Positions 25,126-35,329 of a DNA stretch of 64,000 nt are shown piece after piece. Made by a program: the position numbers and the translations under genes. Within the stretch, counting starts at the first letter, position 1. Every line of letters begins with the position of its first letter. The notes under the pieces are model-generated. The model made no database searches and was not told the DNA's origin. It worked only from the letters and a program-made list of their open reading frames with translations. This DNA comes from Tubulanus polymorphus (taxonomy: Eukaryota; Animalia; Nemertea), in contig NC_134026.1 of the NCBI RefSeq assembly GCF_964204645.1, positions 31,158,150 to 31,222,149 on the forward strand, read 5' to 3'.

Positions 25126-26372
25126 GTTTTGTTTCCTGGTCGTCCTTATTGCGACTTTACGTTTTAAATGTATAAATATTCAAAACAGCTATCCATCGAT
25201 AGCTTTGTGGTGGTTGAAACTTTGAAATGTCGCTGGTGTTGGTACTGTGTATATATTGTAATATATGTCGGTGAATTGGGATTGATTATGTTTCCTGATC
25301 GTCCTTATTGCGACTTTACGTTTTAAATGTATAAATATTCAAAACAGCTATCCATCGATAGCTTTGTGGTGGTTGAAACTTTCAAATGTCGCTGGTGTTG
25401 GTACTGTGTATATATTGTAATATATGTCGGTGAATTGGGACTGATTATGTTTTCTGATTGTCCTTATTGCGACTTTACGTTTTAAATGTATAAATATTCA
25501 AAACAGCTATCCATCGATAGCTTTGCGGTGGTTGAATCATTGAAATGTTGCTGGTGTTGGTACATTGTATATATTGTAATATATGTCAGTGAATTGGGAC
25601 TGATTATGTTTCCTGATCATCCTTATTGCGAATTTACGTTTAAAATGTATAAATATTCAAAACAGCTATCCATCGATAGCTTTGTGGTGGTTGAATCTTT
25701 GAAATGTCGCTGGTGTTGGTACTTTGTATACATTGTAATATATTTCGGTGAATTGGGATTGATTATGTTTCCTGATCGTCCTTATTGCGACTTTACGTTT
25801 TAAATGTATAAATATTCAAAACAGCTATCCATCGATAGCTTTGTGGTGGTTGAATCTTTGAAATGTCGCTGGTGTTGGTACTTTGTATACATTGTAATAT
25901 ATTTCGGTGAATTGGGACTGATTATGTTTCCTGATCGTCCTTATTGCGACTTTACGTTTTAAATGTATAAATATTCAAAACAGCTATCCATCGATAGCTT
26001 TGTGGTGGTTGAATCTTTGAAATGTCGCTGGTGTTGGTACATTGTATATATTGTAATATATGTCGGTGAATTGGGATTGATTATGTTTCCTGATCGTCCT
26101 TATTGCGACTTTACGTTTTAAATGTATAAATATTCAAAACAGCTATCCATCGATAGCTTTGTGGTGGTTGAATTATTGAAATATCGCTGGTGTTGGTTTT
26201 GTGTATATAATGTAATATATGTCAGTGAATTGGGATTGATTTTGTTTCCTGATCGTCCTCATTACGACTTAATGTTTAAAGTATATAAATATTCAAAACA
26301 GCTATCCATCGATAGCTTTGTGGTGGTTGAATCATTGAAATGTCGCTGGTGTTGGTTCATTGTATATATTGT
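25126..26372 (+). repeat. 159-bp satellite, about 8 copies
   Basis: AAATGTATAAATATTCAAAACAGCTATCCATCGATAGCTTTG recurs every 159 bp. A diverged fragment lies at about 31460-31500. Confidence 0.95.
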
Positions 26373-26469
26373 ATCAGCAAATTATTATCACATTATTGAT
26401 TTGAAAAGTGTTATACTCAAATGTGCTATTGTTTGATAGCTTCATTTTGGTTCCTTGCAACTGAAAGTT

Positions 26470-27410
26470 GTGAACTGTCATGTAGAAACGCGACAAACAA
26501 ACTGAATTGTCAGTTTGTTACAACACTGATGACCTCCTAAACTACTGCTGCTTGCTGCTGGGTGTTAATTAATACACTCTGTTTTGGGGTGATATCGAGT
26601 GCAGGAGTCTCCTCCTTCCTGTTTCAACTGTCATGTAGAAACGTGACAAACAAACTGAATTGTCAGTGTGTTACAACACTGATGGACTCCTTTAATACTG
26701 CTGCTTGCTGCTGGGTGTTAATTAATACACTCTGTTTTGGGGTGATATCGAGTGCAGGAGTCTCCTCCTTCCTTCTTCAACTGTCATGTAGAAACGTGAC
26801 AAACAAACTAAATGGACAGTGTGGTACAACACTGATGGTCTCCTTTATTACTGCTGCTTGGTGCAGCGTGCTAATTCTTACCTCCTTCCCTTAACTTCTT
26901 GAATTATTACATTAAACATTATTACAATAAAAATTATTGATTTAAACATTATAACACCATGAATCATCCTCCTTAAATACTGCTGCTTGCTGCTGGCTCT
27001 GTATTGGGGTGATATTGAGTGCAGGAGTCTTCTCCTTCCTTCTTCAACTGTCATGTAGAAACGTGACAAACAAATGGAATGTCAGTGTGGTACAAGACTG
27101 ATGACCTCCTTTAATACTGCTGTTTGCTGCTGGGTGTTAATTAAAACACTCTGTTTTGGGATGATATTGAGTGCAGGAGTCTCCTCCTTCCCTCTTCAAC
27201 TGTCATGTAGAAACGTGACAAATCAATTGAATTGTCAGTGTGTTACAACACTGATGACCTCCTTTAATACTGCTGCTTGCTGCTGGGTGTTAATTCTTAC
27301 CTCCTTCCATGAACTTCTTGAATTATTACATTAAACATTATTAAAATAAAGATTATTACATTAAACATTATTACATCATGAATTATTACATAATTACATT
27401 ATTAAATTAC
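26470..27410 (+). repeat. 153-bp repeat, right block
   Basis: AACTGTCATG at 26473, 26626 and 26779 (period 153), with two units carrying the same ATTACATT-rich insert seen in the left block. Confidence 0.9.
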
Positions 27411-27414
27411 ACAT

Positions 27415-28600
27415 TATGTTACAAAACACTGAGGGTGAATTACTGCTAAATCAATTGGTGGTGATGAAAGTTAAGTGTTACAAAACACTGTGGGTGAATT
27501 ACTGCTAAATCAATTGGTGGTGATGAAAGTTAAGTGTTACAAAACACTGTGGGTGAATTACTGCTAAATCAATTGGTGGTGATGAAAGTTAAGTGTTACA
27601 AAACACTGTGGGTGAATTACTGCTAAATCAATTAGTGGTGATAAAAGTTGGGTGTTACAAAACACTGAGGGTGAATTACTGCTAAATCAATTGGTGGTGA
27701 TGAAAGTTAAGTGTTACAAAACACTGAGGGTGAATTACTGCTAAATCAATTGGTGGTGATGAAAGTTAAGTGTTACAAAACACTGAACGTGAATTACTGC
27801 TAAATCAATTGGTGGTGATGAAAGTTAAGTGTTACAAAACACTGAGGGTGAATTACTGCTAAATCAATTGGTGGTGATGAAAGTTAAGTGTTACAAAACA
27901 CTGAGGGTGAATTACTGCTAAATCAATTGGTGGTGATGAAATTTAAGTGTTACAAAACACTGAGGGTGAATTACTGCTAAATCAATTGGTGGTGATGAAA
28001 GTTAAGTGTTACAAAACACTGAGGGTGAATTACTGCTAAATCAATTGGTGGTGATGAAATTTAAGTGTTACAAAACACTGAGGGTGAATTACTGCTAAAT
28101 CAATTGGTGGTGATAAGAGTCAAGTGTTACAAAACACTGTGGGTAGATTACTGCTAAAACAATTGGTGGTGATGAAAGATAAGTGTTACAAAACACTGAG
28201 GGTGAATTACTGCTAAATCAATTGGTGGTGATAAGAGTCAAGTGTTACAAAACACTGTGGGTAGATTACTGCTAAATCAATTGGTGGTGATGAAAGTTTA
28301 GTGTTACAAAACACTTTTGGTGATTTACTGCTAAATCAATTGGTGGTGATGAAAGATAAGTGTTACAAAACACTGAGGGTGAATTACTGCTAAATCAATT
28401 GGTGGTGATGAAAGTTAAGTGTTACGAAACACTGAGGGTGAATTACTGCTAAATCAATTGGTGGTGATGAAAGTTAAGTGTTACAAAACACTGAGGGTGA
28501 ATTACTGCTAAATCAATTGGTGGTGATGAAAGTTTAGTGTTACAAAACACTTTTGGTGATTTACTGCTAAATCAATGGTAGTGATGAAAGTTAAGTGTTA
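27415..28600 (+). repeat. 59-bp satellite, right array (about 20 copies)
   Basis: Same unit as 24440-24620, period 59. Confidence 0.95.
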
Positions 28601-28949
28601 AAATTGAGATTTAGTGATCCCTCCCTTCCCCTCTTGAATTGTCAAGTTAATTGTGACATAAACTGAATTGTAAGTGACTTAAGGCTGGGGTGATATTGAG
28701 GTTTATTGCCTTCCCCTCCTTTCCCTTCTTGAATTGACAATTAAATTTTGACATAAACTGAATTGTTAGTGACTTGATTATATTACTCCACTTAAGGAGT
28801 GATAAAATTGTCGGCGTCTAAACTCTGATGATGAGGTAAACCATTTTCTAAGTCTGTGAGCCGACAGTGTAAAAAACTGTTAGAATTCAAATTACTTTAA
28901 AGATCTTCAGAAAGATGGTCGATCATCGTAAACACTGGTGAAAACAGTT

Positions 28950-29101
28950 GACTTCTCAATTTGCACTTGACGTCCCAATTTACACTTGACGTCTCACTAT
29001 GCACTTGACATCCCACTTTGCACTTGGCGTCTCACTCTGCACTTGACATCTCGCTATGCACTTGGCGTCTCACTCTGCACTTGACGTCTCGCTATGCACT
29101 T
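28950..29101 (+). repeat. 19-bp minisatellite, about 8 copies
   Basis: TGCACTTG(A/G)C(G/A)TC(T/C)C(A/G)CT(A/C/T) units. Confidence 0.9.
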
Positions 29102-29640
29102 GCACCAATGCATAAGTTGCACTAAACAGCACTGGCAGACCCGCGGGTCCATGCGCATGGTTAGCAAATTGATCAGCATGCAGCATGCCATCTTTGTGTG
29201 TGGAAAGAATTTACAAACAGCTGTGATTTTAAAATTAAGGAATGTATTATTTGTATCATTCCTTGTAAAATCTCAAATAACGATTATGTAAAGATTAACA
29301 TAATATCAATTTTATGATGGTAAAAATATCAAAATGTCAAATAATTAAATATCAATTTGTAAAACGAGAGGAAAGAGAAAGATGAAAGTACCAGAAAGAG
29401 AAGTGTTGGATTGGTGTCTGTTGTCAGTAGAAATCTGAGGTACTCTACTGAGGAATCTCCACTCCCCAAACAGAGAGTTCAAGATGATACTGAAAGTTCC
29501 TGAGGTTCCTAGAAATTTCACTAAGTAAAGACTTGAAATTAGGTATAGTATAAATTGCTATGAATTTCGTTATAGCTAAGAATGTTCTCAACTAGGACGG
29601 TAAGTTAGTATTACGTGTATTTCATATTTCCCTTTTGTAG

Positions 29641-31400
29641 CGTGTATTGATTTGGTCGGCAAGTACAAAATACCAAACGACTGACAGGAAACAGGATTGT
29701 TCCAGTTGTCGTTGAGAAATATTTAAGGTGTCATGAGTCTGAATTGACTATAAATCAGGTAAAATTGTACTTGATATGAACTTCTTTGCAGGAACAGTCG
29801 ACTTAAAGATGGTTATGTTTATTTTATGTATTTTTGTTGTAGCCAGTGGACTGTTGTTGTTAGAGACGCTCAAAACCAGAGCAAAGGAAACATCAGAGTT
29901 CAAGAAGTGTTGAGCAAATTCCCCAAGGTCCAAGTCATGAATCTGAATTGACTATAAATCAGGTAAAATTGAAATTTATTTTGAAGAAGAGTCTCAAAAA
30001 TGATATCATTATTCATATTTTGTGTTTTCACATTGTAGTACATGTATTGAGCTTGTGGTTGGCCGTAAAATATCAGGCGACAGGAAAAGATCAGATCAGA
30101 GATGCTGACAAATTTCTCCATCAATTCGGAACTTCTTTCAATGTTTGTACGCAGAAATCGAAGTACTTTGGGGAATCTCCACATCAAACAGAAAGTTCAA
30201 GAAGATACGAAAAGTTACTGAAGTTCTGAGCAATTTCTCTTCTAAATCATGTGTCTAGATTGACTATGAATCAGGTAAAATTGAATTTATCAATTTCTTT
30301 GCAGGAACAGTCGACTCAATGAAACTGGTTACTTATATGTATTTTTGTTGTAGCCAGTGGACTGTTGTTGTGTGGTAAGAGATGTGCAAAACCAGAGGAA
30401 AGGAAAATATCAGAGTTCTGGAAGAATTGAGCAAATTCCTCAAGGTCCGAGTCATGAATCTGAATTGACTATAAATCAGGTAAAATTGAAATTAGATGAA
30501 TTTTGTTTTTATGAAGAGTCTTATGAATGAAAATCATAGTTTATATTTAGTACATTGTTGTTGTAGTTAGTATTGAGTTAATCGTCACACAATACCAGAT
30601 ATCAAGATGGAAACGATACTGATGATGCAGATCAATTTCCTCATGAAAAACCTAAGAGTCATGTGTCTGAATCTACTAAAAAGCAGGTATAATTGAAATT
30701 TATTTTGAAGAAGTCTCAAAAATGATATCATTATTCATATTTTGTGTTTTCACATTGTAGTACATGTATTGAGCATGTGGTTGGCTGTAGAATATCAGAC
30801 GACAGGCAAAGATCAAATCAGAGATGCTGACCAATTTCTCCATCAATTCGGGACTTTCAGTGATTGTTACCGCGAGTTAGCGCAGTTCCAGAGATGCCGA
30901 CCAATTTCTCCAACAAATCGGGACTTTCAGTGTTTGTTACCGCGAGTTACCGTAGTTCCAGAGATGCCGACCAATTTCTCCGTCAAATCAGGACTTTCAG
31001 TGTTTGTTACTGCGAGTTACCGTAGTTCCAGAGATGCCGACCAATTTCTCCGTCAAATCAGGACTTTCAGTGTTTGTTACCGCGAGTTACCGTAGTTCCA
31101 GAGATGCCGACCAATTTCTCCGTCAAATCGGGACTTTCAGTGTTTGTTACCGCGAGTTACCGTAGTTCCAGAGATGCCGACCAATTTCTCCGTCAAATCG
31201 GGACTTTCAGTGTTTGATACCGCGAGTTACCGTAGTTCCAGAGATGCCGACCAATTTCTCCATCAAATCGGGACTTTCAGTGTTTGTTACCGCGAGTTAC
31301 CGTAGTTCCAGAGATGCCGACCAATTTTCTCTGAGGCTGATAGCTTCAGTATAGGTTGAATGTAAATACACATTGTACATCTATTGAAAAATAAATATGA
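29641..31400 (+). ncRNA. Candidate multi-exon non-coding transcript (or decayed gene) built from duplicated exon-intron modules
   Basis: Six TTGTAG acceptors (29640, 29842, 30038, 30353, 30566, 30760) alternate with five CAG|GTA(A/T)A donors (29758, 29962, 30274, 30479, 30686). Introns are 74-87 nt, and AATAAA lies at about 31389. Exon 29843-29962 has stops in all three frames. Confidence 0.45.
30821..31326 (+). repeat. 70-bp tandem repeat, about 7 copies
   Basis: GAGATGCCGACCAATTTCTCCGTCAAATCGGGACTTTCAGTGTTTGTTACCGCGAGTTACCGTAGTTCCA. Confidence 0.95.
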
Positions 31401-32477
31401 ATTGGTTTGATTGGCTGGTTTGTTGTTGAATCTGATTGTGGGTTATTAATTACTGATTTGCTGCGACTTTGCGTTGTAAATGCATACATTTCAAAGGATT
31501 TCTCTTGTTTTTTGCTTGTTAAATAATTTCGTAAATGATAATTGAGGATGTCAAACTTTAGTTTAGAGTTTTGTTACAGTGATGAACGAATGCACTGTAT
31601 ATGTGGAGATTATGTACTTGTGACTTCTAAACTCAAGATACTCGGTTTGCTCTTGACTTGTTTGATTATGATATTGATGAATACATTGATTTTATGGTGT
31701 TTGATTATTGGTTGAACTATTGAACTATCAATACATATTGAACTACTAACCACTAGTTGTTTTAACATCAGTATCATTAGTGGTCAGTTGTTCGCTACAA
31801 ATTGTATGTGTTATTTTTTCTTTAAATGTACGGTGGACTCTCTTAACTAGAATCACTTCAAGTCTTGTTACTTTTATCTTGGAGTAATGATTCTCCAAGC
31901 TTACATCAACTCGGACCAAACACATTGAACTATTTTATTGAAATTCTTTTATCTGCAGGTGACAATTATCACCTTGTCTTAATTGATTCGAGTTAGTCAA
32001 GTCTATTGTACATGGATTCTTTTTTCTCTGGAAGTGAATTAAATGAAACGAGACGACGGTTAAACCTCATTGATACGATACTGTTTAAGACAAAACCCGT
32101 TTATTGCGATCAGATTTCCAGCAGGTCCCGGCTAATTTACATCGATCCATATTTTGATAATACAACAATTTCACTTTCGCCCATAAGATTTGTATTTAAC
32201 TAAGGAAAATGACTTCAAACCAGTCTCACTGCGATAGAGATACAGTTATCAATCTGATTACTCCAAAATTATATTAATGCATGTATCAATCTGCAGCAGC
32301 TTGGCACTACCCTATGGATAGTGCCCACCCATACCCTTCAGACACTCGTTAAGACTTGTCACCGTCTACATAATCTGAAGCGTTCACTCTTCATACACAG
32401 CTTGAACCCTCCACTCATCCCTTTCGGATTGAATGTCTGGGGTCCAGGCAACAGATCGACACCTTTCTCTCGGCTAT

Positions 32478-32518
32478 TACGAGCAATTATCTAAACTATT
32501 ATTAGATAATTGCTCGTA
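32478..32518. other. Perfect 17-bp inverted repeat with a 7-nt loop
   Basis: TACGAGCAATTATCTAA-actatta-TTAGATAATTGCTCGTA. Confidence 0.9.
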
Positions 32519-33143
32519 GCTCTTAGGTCTCGGAGACTTTCATTTATTTGACCATTAACCAGCTATCAACCTGCATTTTGGACACAGATTCCACCAATGG
32601 AATATAATTTGTCTTTTTGCAATTGTTTCCTTGAGTACATCCTGTACTACACTGAAAAATAACTGTACAAGGTTCAAACTCCATCGATAGTTACTCCTGA
32701 TCGGCCCTGGTGCTGAAATAGATGATGAACCGGGGTGTGCCAGTAATTACTGATACCGATTCAGAATGTCCTGATGCAGAAAGGAAGGATATGTAGAGGT
32801 GTTCTGGGTGCGAACGCAGAAACAATTTATACTGAGAATGGTCCTGATGCGGAAATGAAGTTAAACAGGGCTGTATGAATTCAATTGCATCAAAGATACA
32901 TGTATTTTTTTTATTACACGTATACACTTGGAATGAACTATCAAATACCTAGAATTAACAATTACAAATATATGTGACCGCATTTCACAAGCGCCATCTA
33001 TCGGAATATAGAATGAAGTATCTATCTACAAACGTAATGGAGTCGTGGGTTCGAACCCATGGCATTAATCAGAGTGATCCCTGATGCTGTACAGTGTGTG
33101 TACCGTACTGATGCTGAATAGAGGATGTACAGGGGTGTCTCGG

Positions 33144-33319
33144 CCGTACGGTGCTGCCGCTACGCTCATCGTTAGCGGATTTTTCATACACTAATGTAAG
33201 TCACCTGTGGCAATCGACGTTCTCTCCAGTTTTAATCCGTAACCCTTGCTTGCCAGAGTTGACTAACGTTAGTGTATGAAAATTCCGCTAACAATGAGCA
33301 TAGCGGCAGCACCGTACGG
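33144..33319. mobile_element. MITE, 176 bp, TIRs of about 50 bp (copy 1)
   Basis: CCGTACGGTGCTGCCGCTA.GCTCAT.GTTAGCGGA.TTTTCATACACTAA at the left end and its reverse complement at the right end. Confidence 0.9.
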
Positions 33320-33709
33320 TAAAATGTTGATATCTTAACAAAAGAACTAATTACTGGCACTTATTCAGAGTGGTCCCGATGCTGAGTAGAGGATTAACAG
33401 GTGTCCCGGGTTCGAATCCAGTAATAACTGATACTGGTTCGGACTGGTCCTGATGCTGAATAGAGGATGTACAGGGGTGTCCTGGGTTCGAACCCAGTAA
33501 TTACTGATACTGATTCAGAGTGGTCCCGATGCTGAATGGAAGATGTACGGGGGTGTCCCGGGTTCGAACCCGATAATGACTGACACTGATTCAGAGTGTC
33601 CTGCTGAATAGAGGGTGTACTAGGGTGTCCCAGGTTCGAACTCAGTTATTACTGACACTTATTCAGAGTGGTACTGATGCTGAATAGAGATTGTACAGGG
33701 GTGTCTCGG

Positions 33710-33885
33710 CCGTACGGTGCTGCCGCTATGCTCATCGTTAGCAGATATTTCATACACTAATGTAAGTCACCTGTGGCAATCGACGTTCTCTCCAGTTTTA
33801 CTCCGTAACCCTTGCTTGCCAGAGTTGACTAACGTTAGTGTATGAAAATCCCGCTAACAATGAGCATAGCGGCAGCACCGTACGG
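33710..33885. mobile_element. MITE, 176 bp (copy 2)
   Basis: Near-identical to 33144-33319 with identical flanks, 566 bp downstream. Confidence 0.9.
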
Positions 33886-35329
33886 TAAAATGTTGATATC
33901 TTAACAAAAGTAATCATGAAAACTGATTCAGAGTTGCCCTGATGCTGAATAGAGGATGTACAGGGGTGTCCCGGGTGTGAACCCAGTAATTACTAACACT
34001 GGTTCAAACTGGTCCTGATGATGAATAGAGGATGTACAGGGGTGTCCTAGGTTCGAACCCAGTAATTACTGATACTGATTCAGAGTGGTCCTGATGCTGA
34101 ATAGAGGATGTACAGGGGTGTCCCGGGTGTGGACCCAGTAATTACTAACACTGGTTCAAACTGGTCCTGATGATGAATAGAGGATGTACAGGGGTGTCCT
34201 AGGTTCGAACCCAGTAATTACTGATACTGATTCAGAGTGGTCCTGATGCTGAATAGAGGATGTCCAGGGGTGTCCGGGTTTCGAACACAGTAATTACTGA
34301 TACTGATTCAGAGTGGTCCTGATGCTGAATAGAGGATGTACGGGGGTGTCTCGGGTTCGAATCCAGTAGATACTGCTGCTGCATGGTCCTGATGCTGTAT
34401 AGAGGATGTACAGGGGTGTCCTGGGTTCGAACCCAGGATACTGATACCGATTCATTCTACTAATATTGATTATTATTCCGATTTTGAATAGAGGGATCTC
34501 CTGGGAATTACTGATACCGAGTGGTTCTGATGCCGGATAGAGGATTTACAGGGGTTGTCCCGTGCTAATTCTTCCACTCTACGCTGCTGTCGCTTCAAAT
34601 CCTGATGCAAAAAAGCAAAGCGTTGATACAATGCATGCGACACGTGTAGATAGGATGTCAGGGATGTCAGACAATTGAATCTGTCTGAACTGTGAAATCA
34701 TTGTTCATGATGAAAAACAAAGAAACGATAAATCAATCAAATATCAACAACTATAAACTGTTTATTACTGTATAAATATAAATTATAAACAATTGAATTA
34801 CATTGATAAATATCTAGAATTTATCATCATATCATTATTTACTATCGAAGAAGGCCAGCCACAAAGGGCTTGTATCAGAGTTATAGGTCATGTAAAAATC
34901 ATAATCTCTTAATCTCTATCTAACAATATTTCACAGTCAATTGGTAAATATTTTACACTGTGCAGGTGGTCACTGGTCGGTTAACTGATTTCATTTTAAC
35001 TTTCGCCACAAGTGCATAGTAAAGCTTCATCAGTTAAATGAATCAAGTGATTGGAGAAACAACTCTTTATAAAGAGTGTGACACTAATTAGAGAACTGTT
35101 GATACTCCATTGATTTTACTCATTCACCTGAGAAAGCTACAATCCGTTTGTTGTAACTGATAGTTCAGTTAAACAGTAGATTTACTGATTCCAGGTAAAC
35201 ACCCCATCTCTAAAACTTCTATTCAAGTGAGTCATTATACAAATCATCATAGGAGAGTTAAAACTATTAAATACATTGTACAATGAAGCATTGATTGTAT
35301 TTCACACTGTTGTGTTGTTTAAAGTCATT

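Larger units (their letters stand above)
32690..34560 (+). repeat. 76-bp tRNA-like satellite, right array, interrupted by two MITE copies
   Basis: Same unit as 6892-7130. It is degenerate at both edges and homogeneous in the middle. Confidence 0.9.

Noticed and set aside
25486-26436. Repeated 53-codon ORFs (MYKYSKQLSIDSF...RPYCDFTF) as a tandem peptide or zinc-finger gene array
   Set aside because: They arise from the 159-bp satellite period. Most units end in a stop, no His/Cys spacing fits a zinc finger, and the reverse frames are also interrupted. A coding origin cannot be fully excluded.
27415-28600. 59-mer (and 62-mer) as C/D snoRNA or SECIS arrays because of GTGATGA...CTGA and a small hairpin
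   Set aside because: The C-to-D spacing is too short, there is no terminal stem, no recognisable rRNA guide and no full SECIS helix II, and CTGA is often CTGT.
7121-33060. GTTCGAACCCAT as the target-site duplication of the large block
   Set aside because: The sequence is nearly the satellite's own B box, and degenerate satellite units lie inside the pair, so it does not define clean ends.
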